DNA of 64,000 bases from Mobula hypostoma (lineage: Eukaryota): positions 113,710,001-113,774,000 of the forward strand of contig NC_086097.1 in NCBI RefSeq assembly GCF_963921235.1, in the 5' to 3' direction. The notes beneath the pieces were generated by a model. It had not been told where the DNA came from, made no database searches, and saw nothing but the letters and a program-made list of their open reading frames with translations. The translations under genes were made by a program, and so were the position numbers. Numbering within the stretch: the stretch's first letter is position 1; each line of letters starts with the position of its first letter. Positions 13,509 through 26,305 of this stretch are shown here, one piece after another.

Positions 13509-14539
13509 TATGGTACTTCAATAATAAATTTACTTTGACTTTGACCTCCAGAGAACTTACAAAGCTCCACTCAGGCAGTACTTGAGGTCAAGATTAAACC
13601 CTTGAGCCCTTGAGCTGTGAGGCAGCAGCACGGACCGATGTGCCACAAGTCATTCTCCAAGTCGCACAGGAAAATCATCAACACCAACTTGCAGTGGTGG
13701 AGTGCTCTGTTCCAGATTCAGTCATTGCCTTGCCATAGCACAGTGCATCTGCTGTGGCATTCTGCTTCGATGAGCAGTATTCAGTGAAGCAGTCCAGATG
13801 CAGCTGCCATCACTGGAATGATTGACTTTGGCCCAAGACTTACCACCACAGCATTATGGTCCATGACCAGAATGTAACTTTGAAGTCAAATTAACTCTAA
13901 AAAAAAAATGGATAGAATGTTTTATATGATCTTGGAAATGAAGTGTGGAAAATATCTCACAATGGTAGCTTATGGGCTGATCCAACTATGTGAGTGATGG
14001 ATGCATCCGCCATTGCTGGAGGCTCATATGCTAGTCAGAATGGTTCCTTAATAGATAAAGTGAAGATTCATAATTATGTTTAGCCTCACATAACATATGG
14101 CCTCTGTTATTCTGCACTCAAGAGCCTGGGAATTCCTTTGTCAATTACAAAATGTGATGTAAATCTCAGAATAAACTTGTATTATTAGCATTGAATTCTC
14201 TCAATTTACAAGTCAGCTCTCTTTTAATCAACACATTCATCAGCTTTATCCAGAACAGGGTTTGTCTATTCTTTTCCAATCCCAGATGGACAGCTGTGGA
14301 TTGCATAAAACCACATACAGTTCAGTTGTACGTTGCTTTTCTGAGGGCTCCTGAATCGTCCCCCTTATCTTCAATGATTATTTCTTGCTCCCTGTGGCAG
14401 TAAGGATATTATCCTGATGTCATTGATATTTCAAGACCTCTTTCAACATTTTATCCAGCCTTGATTGAAAAATCTTTGGAACTGAATAGTCATGTGGTAA
14501 CTTGATGTAAGCATTGTTGGATTAGGGTGTAGAATTCAT

Positions 14540-15070
14540 AAACATGAGAAAGTCTGCAGATGCTGGAAATCCAAAGAAACACACACAAAATACTGGAGGA
14601 ACTCAGCAGGTCAGGCAGCACCTACAGAAATGAATAAGCAGTCGACGTTTCAGGCCAAGACCCTTCTTCGGGACTGAAATGGAAGGGGGAAGATACCAGA
14701 ATAAAAGAGCAGGGGAAGGTGAAGGAGGATAGTAAAAATCTGAATGATGAAACCAGTTATGTTGAAAGATAAAGGGCTGGAGAAGAAGGAATCTGATAGG
14801 AATAGACAGTGGACCATAGGAGAGGACTGGGGTGGAGGGGGGGTGATAGGCAGATGAGAAGAGGTAAGAGGACAGAATGGGGAATAGAAGAAGAGGGGAG
14901 AGGCAGGGAAATTCTTTTTTACCGAAAGGAGAAATGTTCATGCTATCAGGTCGGAGGCTACCCAGACAGAATATAAGGTGTTGCTCCTCCACCCTGAGGG
15001 TGGCCTCATCATGGCATAAGAGGAGACCATGGACTGACATGTCAGAATGGGAATTAAAATGTTTGGCCAC
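14540..15070 (-). mobile_element. Penelope-like element 3' fragment
   Basis: Encodes VAKHFNSHSDMSVHGLLLCHDEATLRVEEQHLIFCLGSL. Hammerhead-like motif at 14639-14676. Confidence 0.85.
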
Positions 15071-16685
15071 TGTTGTTTGTTCTGGTAACACTTCATAAAA
15101 TGTCTGTAAGCAAGAAGTTTTACCCGATTCTTGACTTCCAAAGAACCTTTGGATTGCAAAAGCATCAGTATTGAACAGCGTAAACCTCTTGTACATATTC
15201 ATGATTGGAAAGCTCTGACCTGCTGTGAGCCTGCTCCATCTGCTCCGGGCTTCGTGCTGCAGGCTTTCACTCTAAATGCTACTTGCTCACTTATATTGTT
15301 TGCACAACGTGTTTCTTTTCTCTCTGCACACTGGGCATTTGTTGGTCTTTTTTTTACTGGGTTCTTTTGGGTTTCTTTGTTTTGTGGCTGCCTGTAAGGA
15401 GACTGAATGTGAAGGTTGTATAATGTATACGTACTTAGATAATAAACGTACTTTGTACTTTGAGCTGTATGGAGCAATAGTTCGAGTATCACGAGCCTGC
15501 TAATTGCATGAATAAATCTAAGGTGGATAGTGGACACAGGTCATTATTCAGAGTTCTGTTTAGAACTTATCGTAGTGCCCACATAAGTGTACAGTTTTAT
15601 CTGCTTGGGAGGCTACCGCTAACTGGGTTGCCCACTCACTATGTTGGATTTTGACCAACATTCCACTGTGTTTGAATTTATGCAGTTCCTCCTCCACCTG
15701 CAGTTGAAGGGCACATGAAACACATTTTGCTGATGATTAAGGGGGTTGACTCCTGTGAATAAGTACTTTCTATCTAACAATAACAGTGAAGTGATTGTTG
15801 TATTGAGCAAAAAAACACTTTTGCAGACCCGAATGTGCAACTGAACATAACCACTAGCCACTTTTACTCCATGCAGCCTACCAATGGGTGAATAACCCCT
15901 CAAATTCATCATGCTCCGATACAGGGGGATTCCCAGCTGTATCAATTGTTATCTTCAGTGGAAAACATTTAGTGTAACCAAGACTGTGTCACTGCTAAAT
16001 GTTGGCCCACATGGAGAACAGCAAGCATAACAATAATTTTTGGGGCTTATCTGCAGAATGTACATCAATGACTGTTTTCCATTCGAACTGTACAACAGTT
16101 TCCTGCATGTTGGGGCCTTATTACCCACAAATTCCACTTCCTGGAATGATGTTACTCAGTGCTGTGGCCACAGGTGCCATTCTTTTTTGCAAGGCTGACA
16201 TGTGCTTCAAAGTCACGATAAGGTTAGGTTTTCTACAGCCAGGTTGATATTGTTTATCCCCAATTACATTTCTACTCAAAGTACAAGACAATTAGCTTTA
16301 AAACATATTCACTGCCTTCCATCTTCACTATTCTCAGCAAACCCCAATCATTATTTTCTTGAGTCTAAATCACTCCCTTCTGCTACCCTCTCATCCAGCA
16401 GTATCTCAATCCCTACACCAATGTGAGTTTCTTAATGAAGGTGCAAGGTTGGGTGATTAGATAGAGGTAAAACGATAAACCGATCCTTTATTGAAGGCAA
16501 TTCTCAACAAGATAGTATTTTGTTAAATAAATGAATCAGAATTATTCCATATGGTAAATCCACTTCGTAAGAGTCACTTTATACACTGCAATTCTGCCAT
16601 TAAAGAGCTACCCACGTATTCATAAGACATGTGAAGGAGCCTGTACCTTTAATCTTATTTGGACCACAAAGACTGTTAATATTTT

Positions 16686-17702
16686 TGCAACACACATAAA
16701 ATGCTGGTGAACGCAGCAGGCCAGGCAGCATCTATAGGAAGAAGTACAGTTGACATTTCGGGCCGAGACCCTTCGTCATGACTCAAAAAAAACCCGCCAG
16801 ACTACAACAGCACCCCCCCCCGCCCCCCCATCAGCGGGTTTTATAGTAAGATTAGGATTGGTGCGGAGGGAGTGGAGAGCAGAGCGTTCGGATGGAGTGA
16901 GGTTGGAATTGGAACACGGTGTGGTGAAGTTGAGACGGTTGATGTCCCATCGGTAGTTAGCAATAAAGAGATCCAGAGCAGGCAAAAGACCAGAGTGGGG
17001 TGTCCATGAAGAGGAGGAAGACTGAAGGCGGGAGAAGGGGTCATCGGTGGGGGTGGGAGAATCCTTGCCGAAGAAGTGGGCTCGAAGACGGAGCCAGCAG
17101 AAGAAGAGTTCAGCGTCAGGGCGAACGCAGAACTTGCTGAGGTGTGGGCGAAGGGGGACAAAGGTGAGGCCCTTACTGAGGACAGAGCGCTCTGCCTCAG
17201 AGAGTGGAACGTCAGAGGGGATAGTAAAGACCCGGCACAGATGAGAGCTGGGATCAGAGGGGGGAGGTTGGTAGTGTCAGTGGAGAGGGGAGGGTTCGGG
17301 TGAGATTGATGATGGGATCTGAGGGAAACTGGGTTGCAGAGTGGTGGTGGGGGAAGGGGAGACGGGAGTCACCGTAGCAGCATGTGAAGACCCAGCCTGG
17401 AGTTCAAGGCTAGAGTAGCAGTTGGAGGTTGCGCAATCGCTTTGAAGGTGTCCTTGGTCGTTGGAACCCGCATTGATGGTGCTGGAGTCTGGGTTTTGAA
17501 TATGCCCTGGGTTGGTAGAGCCGCTGAGATCGACGGCGGGGGCCGCAATCCGAAGTTCATGCCTGCTAGCGTCAGAGCCAGAGTGCTTACGAAATGTCGA
17601 CTGTACTTCTTCCTATAGATGCTGCCTGGCCTGCTGCGTTCCACCAGCATTTTTTGTGTGTTGATTGAATTTCCAGCATCTGCAGATTTCCTCGTGCTTC
17701 TG
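16686..17702 (-). mobile_element. Penelope-like insertion with inverted terminal copies
   Basis: ~73-bp inverted repeats (16688-16760 and 17590-17662), an N-terminal ORF piece (SNLTPSERSALHSLRTNPNLTIKPAD) and a 13-bp TSD CTGTTAATATTTT at 16673-16685 and 17703-17715. Confidence 0.85.
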
Positions 17703-17882
17703 CTGTTAATATTTTCCTGGCTTTTGTATAAAGTAGGAAGTGTTGTATTATATTTCCATTAATGAGTTATAAACCTGAGCATCACTCAATTGTATCAAGA
17801 GATTAAAACTTAGACTATGACTGTTTTGGCAGAGGGTAATCCATTCAGAATAAACAGGTTAAACCCATTTCCTTCTGTGGGA

Positions 17883-18045
17883 CCATAAGATGGGAGCAGA
17901 ATTAGGTCATATGGCCCATCGAGTCTGCTCCGCCATTTCATCATGGCTGATCCATTTCCCTCTCAGCCCCAATCTCCTACCCTCTCCCTAATTCCCTTCA
18001 TGCCATGACCAATCAAGAATCTATCAACCTCTGCCTTAAATATTC
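17883..18045 (-). mobile_element. CR1 3' UTR fragment
   Basis: Typical CR1 3' end (ggcccatcgagtctgctccgccattt..catggctgatcc). Confidence 0.7.
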
Positions 18046-18513
18046 TAAACAGAACCATGCATGGGATAAGAGGTTGGCTTTTAATGTCAACATCAAAAAG
18101 TTATAGTTAGAAACTTCTTTACACCATTAATTAAATAAATATTATTTCACACTATTGTTTGAAGTAACTGAAGACATTGTTAATATATGCAAAATATTTT
18201 ACCAAACCGGTATGTTATAATAGTTGCTCAATCACATTTTCCTTTGGTTTTATACATCTTGAATGGCTGGCCTTCTCAAACTAAAAAATATTAGCAATAA
18301 AGCCCAAGAATGGCACCAGAAAGTACAGCTGAAGAATACATGATGGTGTTATATGGATTTCTGTTCAAGAATTTGACTTAAAATTCTCACAGGTCATTTA
18401 ACTGGTCCATTTTCCATGGGCCCAAAACCTCTTCCTTCTATAGATGCTGCTCAACCTGTTGAGTTCCTCCAACAGATTGTTTGATGCATCTATCTTGTAT
18501 ACATTTAGCATTA

Positions 18514-19064
18514 CACTCAGTGGTTACTTTATTAGATACAGGATGTACCTAATAAACACTACTGAGCGTATATTCATGGTCTTCTGCACATTTGTAGCCT
18601 ATCCACTTCAAGGTTCGAAGTGTTGAGTATTCAGAGATGTTCTTTGTAACACGTGATTATTTGAATTATTGTCGCCTTTCTGTCAGCTTGAACCAGTCTA
18701 GACAGTCTCCTCTGATCTCTCTCATTAACAAGATGTTTTCACCTACTGAAATGCTGCTTGCTAGATGCATTTTATTTTCACACCATTCCCTGTAATCTCT
18801 AGAGACTGTTGTGCGTGAAAATCCTAGATCAACAGTTTCTGAGATACTCAAACCACCCCATCTGGCACCAACAATCATTCCACAGTCACAGTCACTTTGA
18901 TCAACTTTCTTCCCCATTCTGATGTCTGGTCTGAACAACAATTGAACCTCTTGACCATGTCTGCATGCTTTTATGCATTGAGTTGGTGCCAAATGTTCGG
19001 CTAATTAGATATTTGCATTAATGGGGAGGTGTACAGACGTACCGAATAAACAGACCACTGATTG
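18514..19064 (-). mobile_element. Tc1-derived non-autonomous element
   Basis: TIRs with TA TSD. ORF remnant MGKKVDQSDCDCGMIVGARWGGLSISET. Confidence 0.9.
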
Positions 19065-20004
19065 TATTTTACATTACTAAAAGATTTGGGTATTTCTCAT
19101 TTTCAAGTTAGAATGGTTAAATGATAAAGCAAACTCCGAGAATGAATTAAATGCCTAAACAACATAAATGTCAGTATTATAAATTAATTTTAGTATTCAT
19201 TAATTTGAATAACCTTATGCTTCATTCATTACCAGGCTTGCATTTTTTTTTTACTTGTAATTGAAATCATTGTGTTTAAGTCAGTGCTGGAATAATTGAT
19301 TTAAGATACGGCTGAAACACAATAATAATTATGCAATGAAGGATTGCCTGCTAAACCCAAATTTCTTCCTGTGTCTGTTTCCCAAAGGAGCTAGGATAAC
19401 AATACAATAAAGAAACAGCCTCCAAAATTTGAGATGACAGGAGATGTGTCCTGACTGTCTCCATGCTATAAGTAAGAGTAAGCTTGATGGAAAGGCTTTC
19501 TAAATGGGGCTCAGAAGTCTGGAGCACAGAATGTGACCACTGGCCCTTTGGGTGAACAACCCACTGTGTCATTCTTTGCCAATAGCTCAGCTGCAAATAT
19601 TTATACAATTCTCCTTCGAAGGTAGTGAAATTTAACCTTTGCTGGCAATGCAGAGTGAGTGATGGTGAATCAGCAGCCTGCTCTCAATGCATTCATTTCT
19701 TTCCACTGATATCATTGCAATAGAAACCCTACAAGCACAGCGCAGATTCATTATCGCTTGTTTTGTACTGCTACACACACAATCGTTTCTGCCTCAACCA
19801 TTTCGACAGTTTCAATTTGTAGAATATTCCAATAACTCTGCAAGTAAAATAATTTTCTTAAACATTTTCTCTTTTCCGAAATGACAATTACACAATAATT
19901 TCATAAATAGAAGAAATTATCTTTTCTAAATTTGTTGAATAGATAAGGTGAAATAACATAAATTTGTTACTGTAATTGCATATGATACTTGATCCTTTAT
20001 GGGA

Positions 20005-20515
20005 GTCATAGAGGCATAGAGCACTACAGCACAGAAGCAGGCCTTTTGGCCCATCTAGTCCATACTGAACTAATAATCTGTCGAGTACCATCGGTCCGTA
20101 CCCTGACCATACTTCTCCCATCCATGTACCTATCCTAATTTCTAAAAAATGTTGAAATCAAACCCACATCTACCACTTCCATTAGCAGCTCATTCCATAC
20201 TCTCACCACCCTCTGAGTGAAGAAATTGCCCCTCAAGTTTTTCTTAAACATTTCACCTTTCACCCTTAATGCGTGACCTCTAGTTCTAGTCTTGCCCAAC
20301 CTCAGTGGGAAAATTCTACTTGCATTTGCCCTATCTATACCCATCGTAATTTTGTCTACCTCTGTCAAATCTCCCCTCATTCTCCTATGCACCAGGGAAT
20401 AAGGTCCTAACCTACTCAACCTTTCCCTATAACTCAGGTGCTCAAGTCCTGGCAACATTCTGGTAAATTTCCTCTCTGCTCTTTCAATCTTTTTGTTATC
20501 TTCCCTGTAGGTTGC
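20005..20515 (-). mobile_element. CR1 LINE 3' part
   Basis: ORF 20135-20458 (LRGNFFTQRVVRVWNEL). Confidence 0.85.
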
Positions 20516-20792
20516 TCACTAAAGCTGCATAATGCAGATAACCATGGCTCAAGACCTATACCTTCTAGGAGTTACATCCTCTGAAAGGCTGCAGTGAAGA
20601 TTTGGCAGAGCATTTTGTTATGGGTGGTCTAAAGCAACCATTTACTTGAAGTAGTTTTATCTGTAAGAAATTAGCAGTGGTGTGCTAGGGAGCTTTACTT
20701 GTACAAGAACAAATACATTTCTAGCTAGCAAAGAACACCAACTAAGATATCAGATGTTGAGAGAAAGGTAGTAATGCACCATGCGAAGAAAG

Positions 20793-21035
20793 GGTGGCAC
20801 GGTAGCACAATGCTTCACAGTACAGGAAACCCCGGTTCAATTCCTGCAAAACTGTCTGTGAGGATTCTGTATGTTCTCCCTGTCAGCATGTCGGTTTCCT
20901 CCCACAGTGCAACGACCTACCATTGGTGAGTTCTCTGGCCACGGTAAATTGTCCTGTGGTTAGGCTGAGATTAAATCGGGGGATTACTAGGTGTCATGGC
21001 TTGAGGAACCTATTCCGTGCCATATCTCAATAAGT
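20793..21035 (+). mobile_element. tRNA-derived V-SINE-like element
   Basis: ggtggcacggtagc...ggttcaattcct head and a ggtttcctcccaca core. Confidence 0.7.
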
Positions 21036-21325
21036 AATTATAAAATTATTGGCAACTAAATCAAGTCTTGCATTCATTGAATATAGAGAAGAAGAAATAG
21101 TTATTTTCATGTTCTATGATATTAAGACAGTATTTACTACCAACCCCAATTAGCATTTGAAGTGAACTCAACTGCTGCAGAACATTCTTGCTCAGTGCGA
21201 CCCTTTGAGAGTTCCAGGGTTCATGGCCAGTTGTAATGAAGGAATGTGGGAATTGGAAGGGAACTTGTACATGGTGATGTTCCCATGTGCCTGTATTCTG
21301 ATCGCTCTAGGATGCTGAAGACACA

Positions 21326-21882
21326 CACTCAGTGCCAGTTTATTAGGTACACTGATTGTTAATGCAAATATCTAATCAACAAATTATGTGGCAGCAACTC
21401 AGTGCATAAAGGCCTGCAGACATGGTGAAGAGGTTCAGTTGTTGTTCAGACCAAACATCCGAATTGGGAAAAATCTGTGGTCCAAGTGACAATCACTGTG
21501 GAATGATTGTTGGTGCCAGATGGGGTGGTTTGAGTTTCTCAGACACTACTGATCTCCTGGGATTTTCACATACAACAGTTTCTATAGTTTACAGAGAATG
21601 GTGCTAAAAAAAAAAATCAGTGATTACCAGTGTGTGACAGTGTTGTGTGCAAAAACACTGTGTTAATGACAAAGGTCAGAAGAGAATGGTCAGACTGGTT
21701 CAAGCCGGCAGGAAGGCAACAGTAACTCAAATAAGCATGTGTTACAACCGCGGTGTGCAGAAGAGCTTCTCCAAACACACAACTCATCGAACAATGAAGT
21801 AGATGGGCAGAAGATCACAGACATACACTCAGAGGCCAATTTATTAGGTATAGAAGGTACCTAATAAAGTGGCCACTGAGTG
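21326..21882 (+). mobile_element. Tc1-derived non-autonomous element
   Basis: TIRs, a 3' TA, and the remnant GMIVGARWGGLSFSDTTDLLGFSHTTVSIVYREWC. Confidence 0.9.
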
Positions 21883-23929
21883 TAGGTTTGGAAGTTGCCA
21901 TGGAAGAAACATTGATAATAACCAGCAATGAAAAGAAACTAAAATGTGAATACTAGTGAAATGGGATTTTTTCCTTTTAATCTTTACTCATCTGAAGAAT
22001 ACGTGCCTCACTGAAAAGGAAGCTCTCTAATGTTCATCTCTAACCTGTCCTCAGATTTTCAGAAACTTTCTTTTTAAACTTATGTAATTCTTTTTGGTGA
22101 AGGTAGTCTCATGCTGCTGTTATTTCAGAATCAGTGTCTCACCATACTCTCTGAAACAATGAATATGGATGATCAAAAATTTGAAAGCCTTTTACTCAGT
22201 GACTTACCTATTCAAAACAATCCATACAGTGTTTCATTTATCATTCTTTATACAAAAGAACTATTTAAAAATAATCTCATACTTTATCATTCATACATAT
22301 ATTGTCTTTGTACATATGCAGCATTAGCTTGAAGACGCCAGGTGTTGCTTGAACTTTTGACATCCTACCCAATGTATTGTTCTATGTCCAATGGAAGGAA
22401 AAGTGGAGAATGTTCTAGATAGAATTGGTTACCAAAACGTCTTTCACTTCAGCATGTTGGATTGCTTGGCTGAGTACCCTGGGGCTCTGATTGCTTACCA
22501 TTTAATTCTCAATGTCACATTCACACTGAGTTTTCTGATGTTGGCCTTCTATGCTATCCCTACGAAGTTCATTTTAATCAAGCACCTTAGAATCTTCCAA
22601 AATTTTAAATCACGTCCACCAGTCCCTTGGACAGGAGGTTCTTCATTTTCCCCGTTGCACTATCACTAGCTCCAGCTTTTGTTTCTCTGCTTGTCTCCTT
22701 TCTGTTTGGTTTGCACTATTTGCTCACTACTGCATTCCAATCTAGTGTGTACCTTGCCTCTGAGCCTTTTTCCCTCTCCTGGACTACTATTCCCTATATC
22801 ACTAATTATTACATCTGACTGATTGATAAAGTGAATCGCTTTAATGACCTCTAAATCATTATTTCTTTGAAAATGACAAATCTGAGATACATGTAGTTAA
22901 AAATCTAACTATGTTTGTGTGTAAAGGCATGTATCCTACACCAATATTTACAAAGAACATCATTCTGAATAATCAACCCACCATAAGGTAAAACTTAAAA
23001 AAACAAAAACAACAGACTACCTGAATCTTATGCTGTCGTTCAGAACGTATCACAACTGTAAATCAACAGTATTCAATGTCTAAGCGAACATCGCTTATAG
23101 ACTTAAAGTTTTGCCCATGACAAAAAGGACTCTGTCTCCATGTTGCCCGCTATCCCTTCCTCATTTCCAAGTATGGTGCAGTAACCAAGTACAGGGACTA
23201 AATTAGTAAACTTGACAGCAGATGCCCAACAGGAGCGACTGCTGTGACAGACCCAGGAACATTCTAGTAGGAAAAGAACGGATTTTGTGGATAGCTCTAA
23301 TAAACAGCCCAGCCCACACAGCGGCACTTTAAAACTTCTTTCCGCTGGTCAGGTTCGGGCTCTGGGGATGATACCAGTGAAAGGCAGATGGAAAACTAGT
23401 CTGGAAGTGTTGCTACAGCAACCGGGCACTTCAAACAAGCTGTGTTTCACTGGGCTTCTTTCAGTCTTGTCGTAAAATTGTCTGCCCGCTTTGACTTAGA
23501 TTCTCAACAATGGCCAAAAGCATCAGAAACAGAAAGGGTGTTGGTGTAGAATTAATTCAGCACTAACCAGCCTCCACCTAGACAGATTTACAACGTTCGA
23601 ATACAGTGATAAGTGGAAAACTGGAAAAAAAAACGGATTTCGCGTTACATATACTTTTAGAAAAAGAGGCAGCCGTGGACATAAACAGGGCTGCACTGCC
23701 CACCCCAAAACCGAACCGAGTGCTTTGTCAACCACAAAACCCACACCAAGCAAATACTAAATGTTGAACCAACCCCTCCCAGACTAAACCCACCCCCAAT
23801 CCCAAAAGTAAGCGAAACTTGAAAGTCAGTTTAAATCCAACACTGGCCCCAAAGCAAATAACTAAATGCAAAACTAATACAGAACCAAACCCAAACACAG
23901 TACTGATACCCCTCTATTGTGATCAAGCG

Positions 23930-24900
23930 ACTGTATTCTTGCTGCCCACGCAATACTGGCAATGTTTAACGTAATTTGCAGATATCTGCAACGCAAAGAT
24001 AAGGCTTCTCGACAACCCAAGACCGTAACGTAACGGATTTCTGCTTACTGGTGCACACATGCATGGACCCCCTGTCCGATGCATTGGGTTCGTTCGCGTT
24101 GTTGCACACGTTGGGCACTACTGGCAAAGGTACATCCGTGTCGGTGTTGGTGAGCCACGTTGATTCTGTCTCCCTGGTCCAGCTTTCATAGTACCTGGGC
24201 TCGATAGTGTCAGCCCGGCTTCCGCCACAACCCATCCCTTTGTGTTTTCCTTCTGCCCCCTCTCAAACCTCGCTGGTCCGTCCAACCTGCAGATCACCAG
24301 CAAAGCGGACGCTCTCTTCTTGTTCTCGGGACTACGGTGCGGCTGATTACGGGACGGCTAAATCATTTTCCGAAAATCGGAAGGTGATCACCATCGTCCA
24401 TCGGGGCCTTGATCTGATGGTTATTACTTTGCAGGAGTCGCTGGGGGAAACAGTGGGAGGCTTCAGACACGCTTCTGCTGTCAGTTTGAGCAGTCTGACG
24501 TCAGGGATTGCGTGCTCATCTGGCGAAGCAGAGAGGGTCATCTTAAATCTCAGGATATTGCGATCAGGCGCTTGCATTCTTATACGGACTGCTAAATAAG
24601 CCAAGCTGACAATTCTGTCATTAGATTCCTCGGAACTAGTAACAAAATTATGAAGTGCTGAGCGGACAGAGATATCAGGAGGAGGGGTTCGTTTTCTTCT
24701 CTGTGACGATATTAGAATTTAATTCTTGTTTTGCGTAACTCATTTCCCGCATAATAACTCCGAAGCCCAGAGTGTATACCTGCTGGGGGGCGGGGAGGGG
24801 TGATAATTATAGTTCTACATATAAAATATGTTATTTAAAGGAAATTATCTTGCAATTATATAAGTTAGAAAACAGCGCGGGACGTTTATGTGGAACCCTG
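23930..24900 (-). promoter_or_regulatory. CpG-rich promoter/first-exon region of BAALC
   Basis: Local CpG enrichment against a CpG-poor background. Palindromic CRE TGACGTCA at 24496-24503, GC box GGGGCGGGG at ~24787-24795, TATA-like TATAAGA on the minus strand near 24578-24584. Confidence 0.65.
24049..24235 (-). CDS. BAALC: BAALC coding exon 1
   Basis: Translates MGCGGSRADTIEPRYYESWTRETESTWLTNTDTD..., nearly identical to the vertebrate BAALC N-terminus as I recall it (MGCGGSRADAIEPRYYESWTRETESTWLT). Good Kozak context (gggATGG). Phase-1 donor ACCA|GTAAG at 24049/24048. CpG-rich setting. Confidence 0.95.
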
Positions 24901-25136
24901 TCAAATGTTGACTCATTTTGTGTGCGTAAATAGCATGACTTCAGTTGAGGAGACAAAATATTGTTCTTCGCGAAGAATTGTGAATAATGAACGATTCTCT
25001 TTAATCTGTAATTCTTTCGTCTTGTGCATAGACTAAATCTCTTGGATTCAAAAGAATGAATTTAGTAACTGCTCATTCAGTCAACCCCAACTATCTTTTA
25101 CGATTGCGCCCACTAATGTTTTAGACCGTTAATATA

Positions 25137-25690
25137 AACTGAGTGGCCACTTTATTAGGAACCTACTTCGGCTACTGCAGTCTATCCACTTCAAGGTTCT
25201 ACGTGTTGTGCGTTCAGAGATGCTCTTCCGCACGCCGCCATTGTAACGCGTGGTTATTTGAGTTACTGTTGCCTTCCTGTCAGCTTGAACCAGTCTGGCC
25301 ATTCTCCTCTGACCTCTCTCATTACCAAGACGTTTTCGTCCACAGAACTGCCCCACTTTGGATGCTCTGTTTGGTTATCTTTTTGCACTATTCTCTGTAA
25401 ACTTTGGATTCTGTTATGTGTGGAAATCCCAGTGTATCAGCAATGTCTGAGACTCTCAAACTGCCCGTCTGGCACCAACAATCATTCCACAGTCAAAATC
25501 ACTTGGATCACATTTCTTCCCCGTGCTGATGTTTGGTCCGAGCAACAACGGAACCTCCTGACCATGTCTGCATGCTTTTATACTGTGCATGGAGTAGCTG
25601 CCACATGATTGGCAGATTAGATATTTGATCAGATATTTAGCTATAACGTGCAGGAGTACAAGAAGTAACTAATAACCTGACGGCTGAGTG
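25137..25690 (-). mobile_element. Tc1-derived non-autonomous element
   Basis: TIRs with TA flanks. Remnant FCGRKRLGNERGQRRMARLVQADRKATVTQIT, matching the second HTH of a Tc1-like transposase. Confidence 0.9.
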
Positions 25691-26059
25691 TATATATGGC
25701 TTTACTCTTGCATTCAAATCGTTTTGCAGGAAGGACCTACATCCTGTTGCATTTCTAATTCCTTGCATGTCAGCATGTTAATTTCCAGTGATTCTTGTAC
25801 ATGGAAGTTCAGATTTCTTTGAAAACCAATACCTCTCAGTCTCCCAGCATTTAAAAATTTCCAAATTTTCTACCCTTTTTTCTGAAATTGATGTCCATAT
25901 ATTTTTCCACTCTACATTCCATCCATCCTCTCCTTGCCTATTTACCTAGCATGTCTGTATCTCCTTATAGAGGGATAAGTCAGCCATGATGGAATTGGGG
26001 GACAGACTCAATGAGACAAATGGCCTAATTCTGCTACAATGTCTTATGGTCCTGAAGAC

Positions 26060-26305
26060 TCACTACACCCGTACATCCGCTCATTACTGCAAATATCTAA
26101 TCAGCCAATCTTGTGGCAGCAACTCAATGTATAAAACCATGCAGACAAGGTCGAGGGGTTCAGTTGTTGTTCAGATCAAGCATCAGAATGAGGAAGAAAT
26201 GAGATCTAACTGAGTTAGACCGTGATATGACTGGTGGTGTGTGTATCTCAGAAATTGGTGATCTCCAGGGATTTTCATGCACAACAGTCTCCAGAGTTCA
26301 CAGAA
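26060..26305 (+). mobile_element. Fragment of the same Tc1-derived family
   Basis: Shared sequence tgcaaatatctaatcagccaatc..tggcagcaactcaatg. Confidence 0.7.

Noticed and set aside
23966..24048. C-terminal extension of the 89-aa BAALC ORF
   Set aside because: It is read-through past a strong GTAAG donor into the intron.
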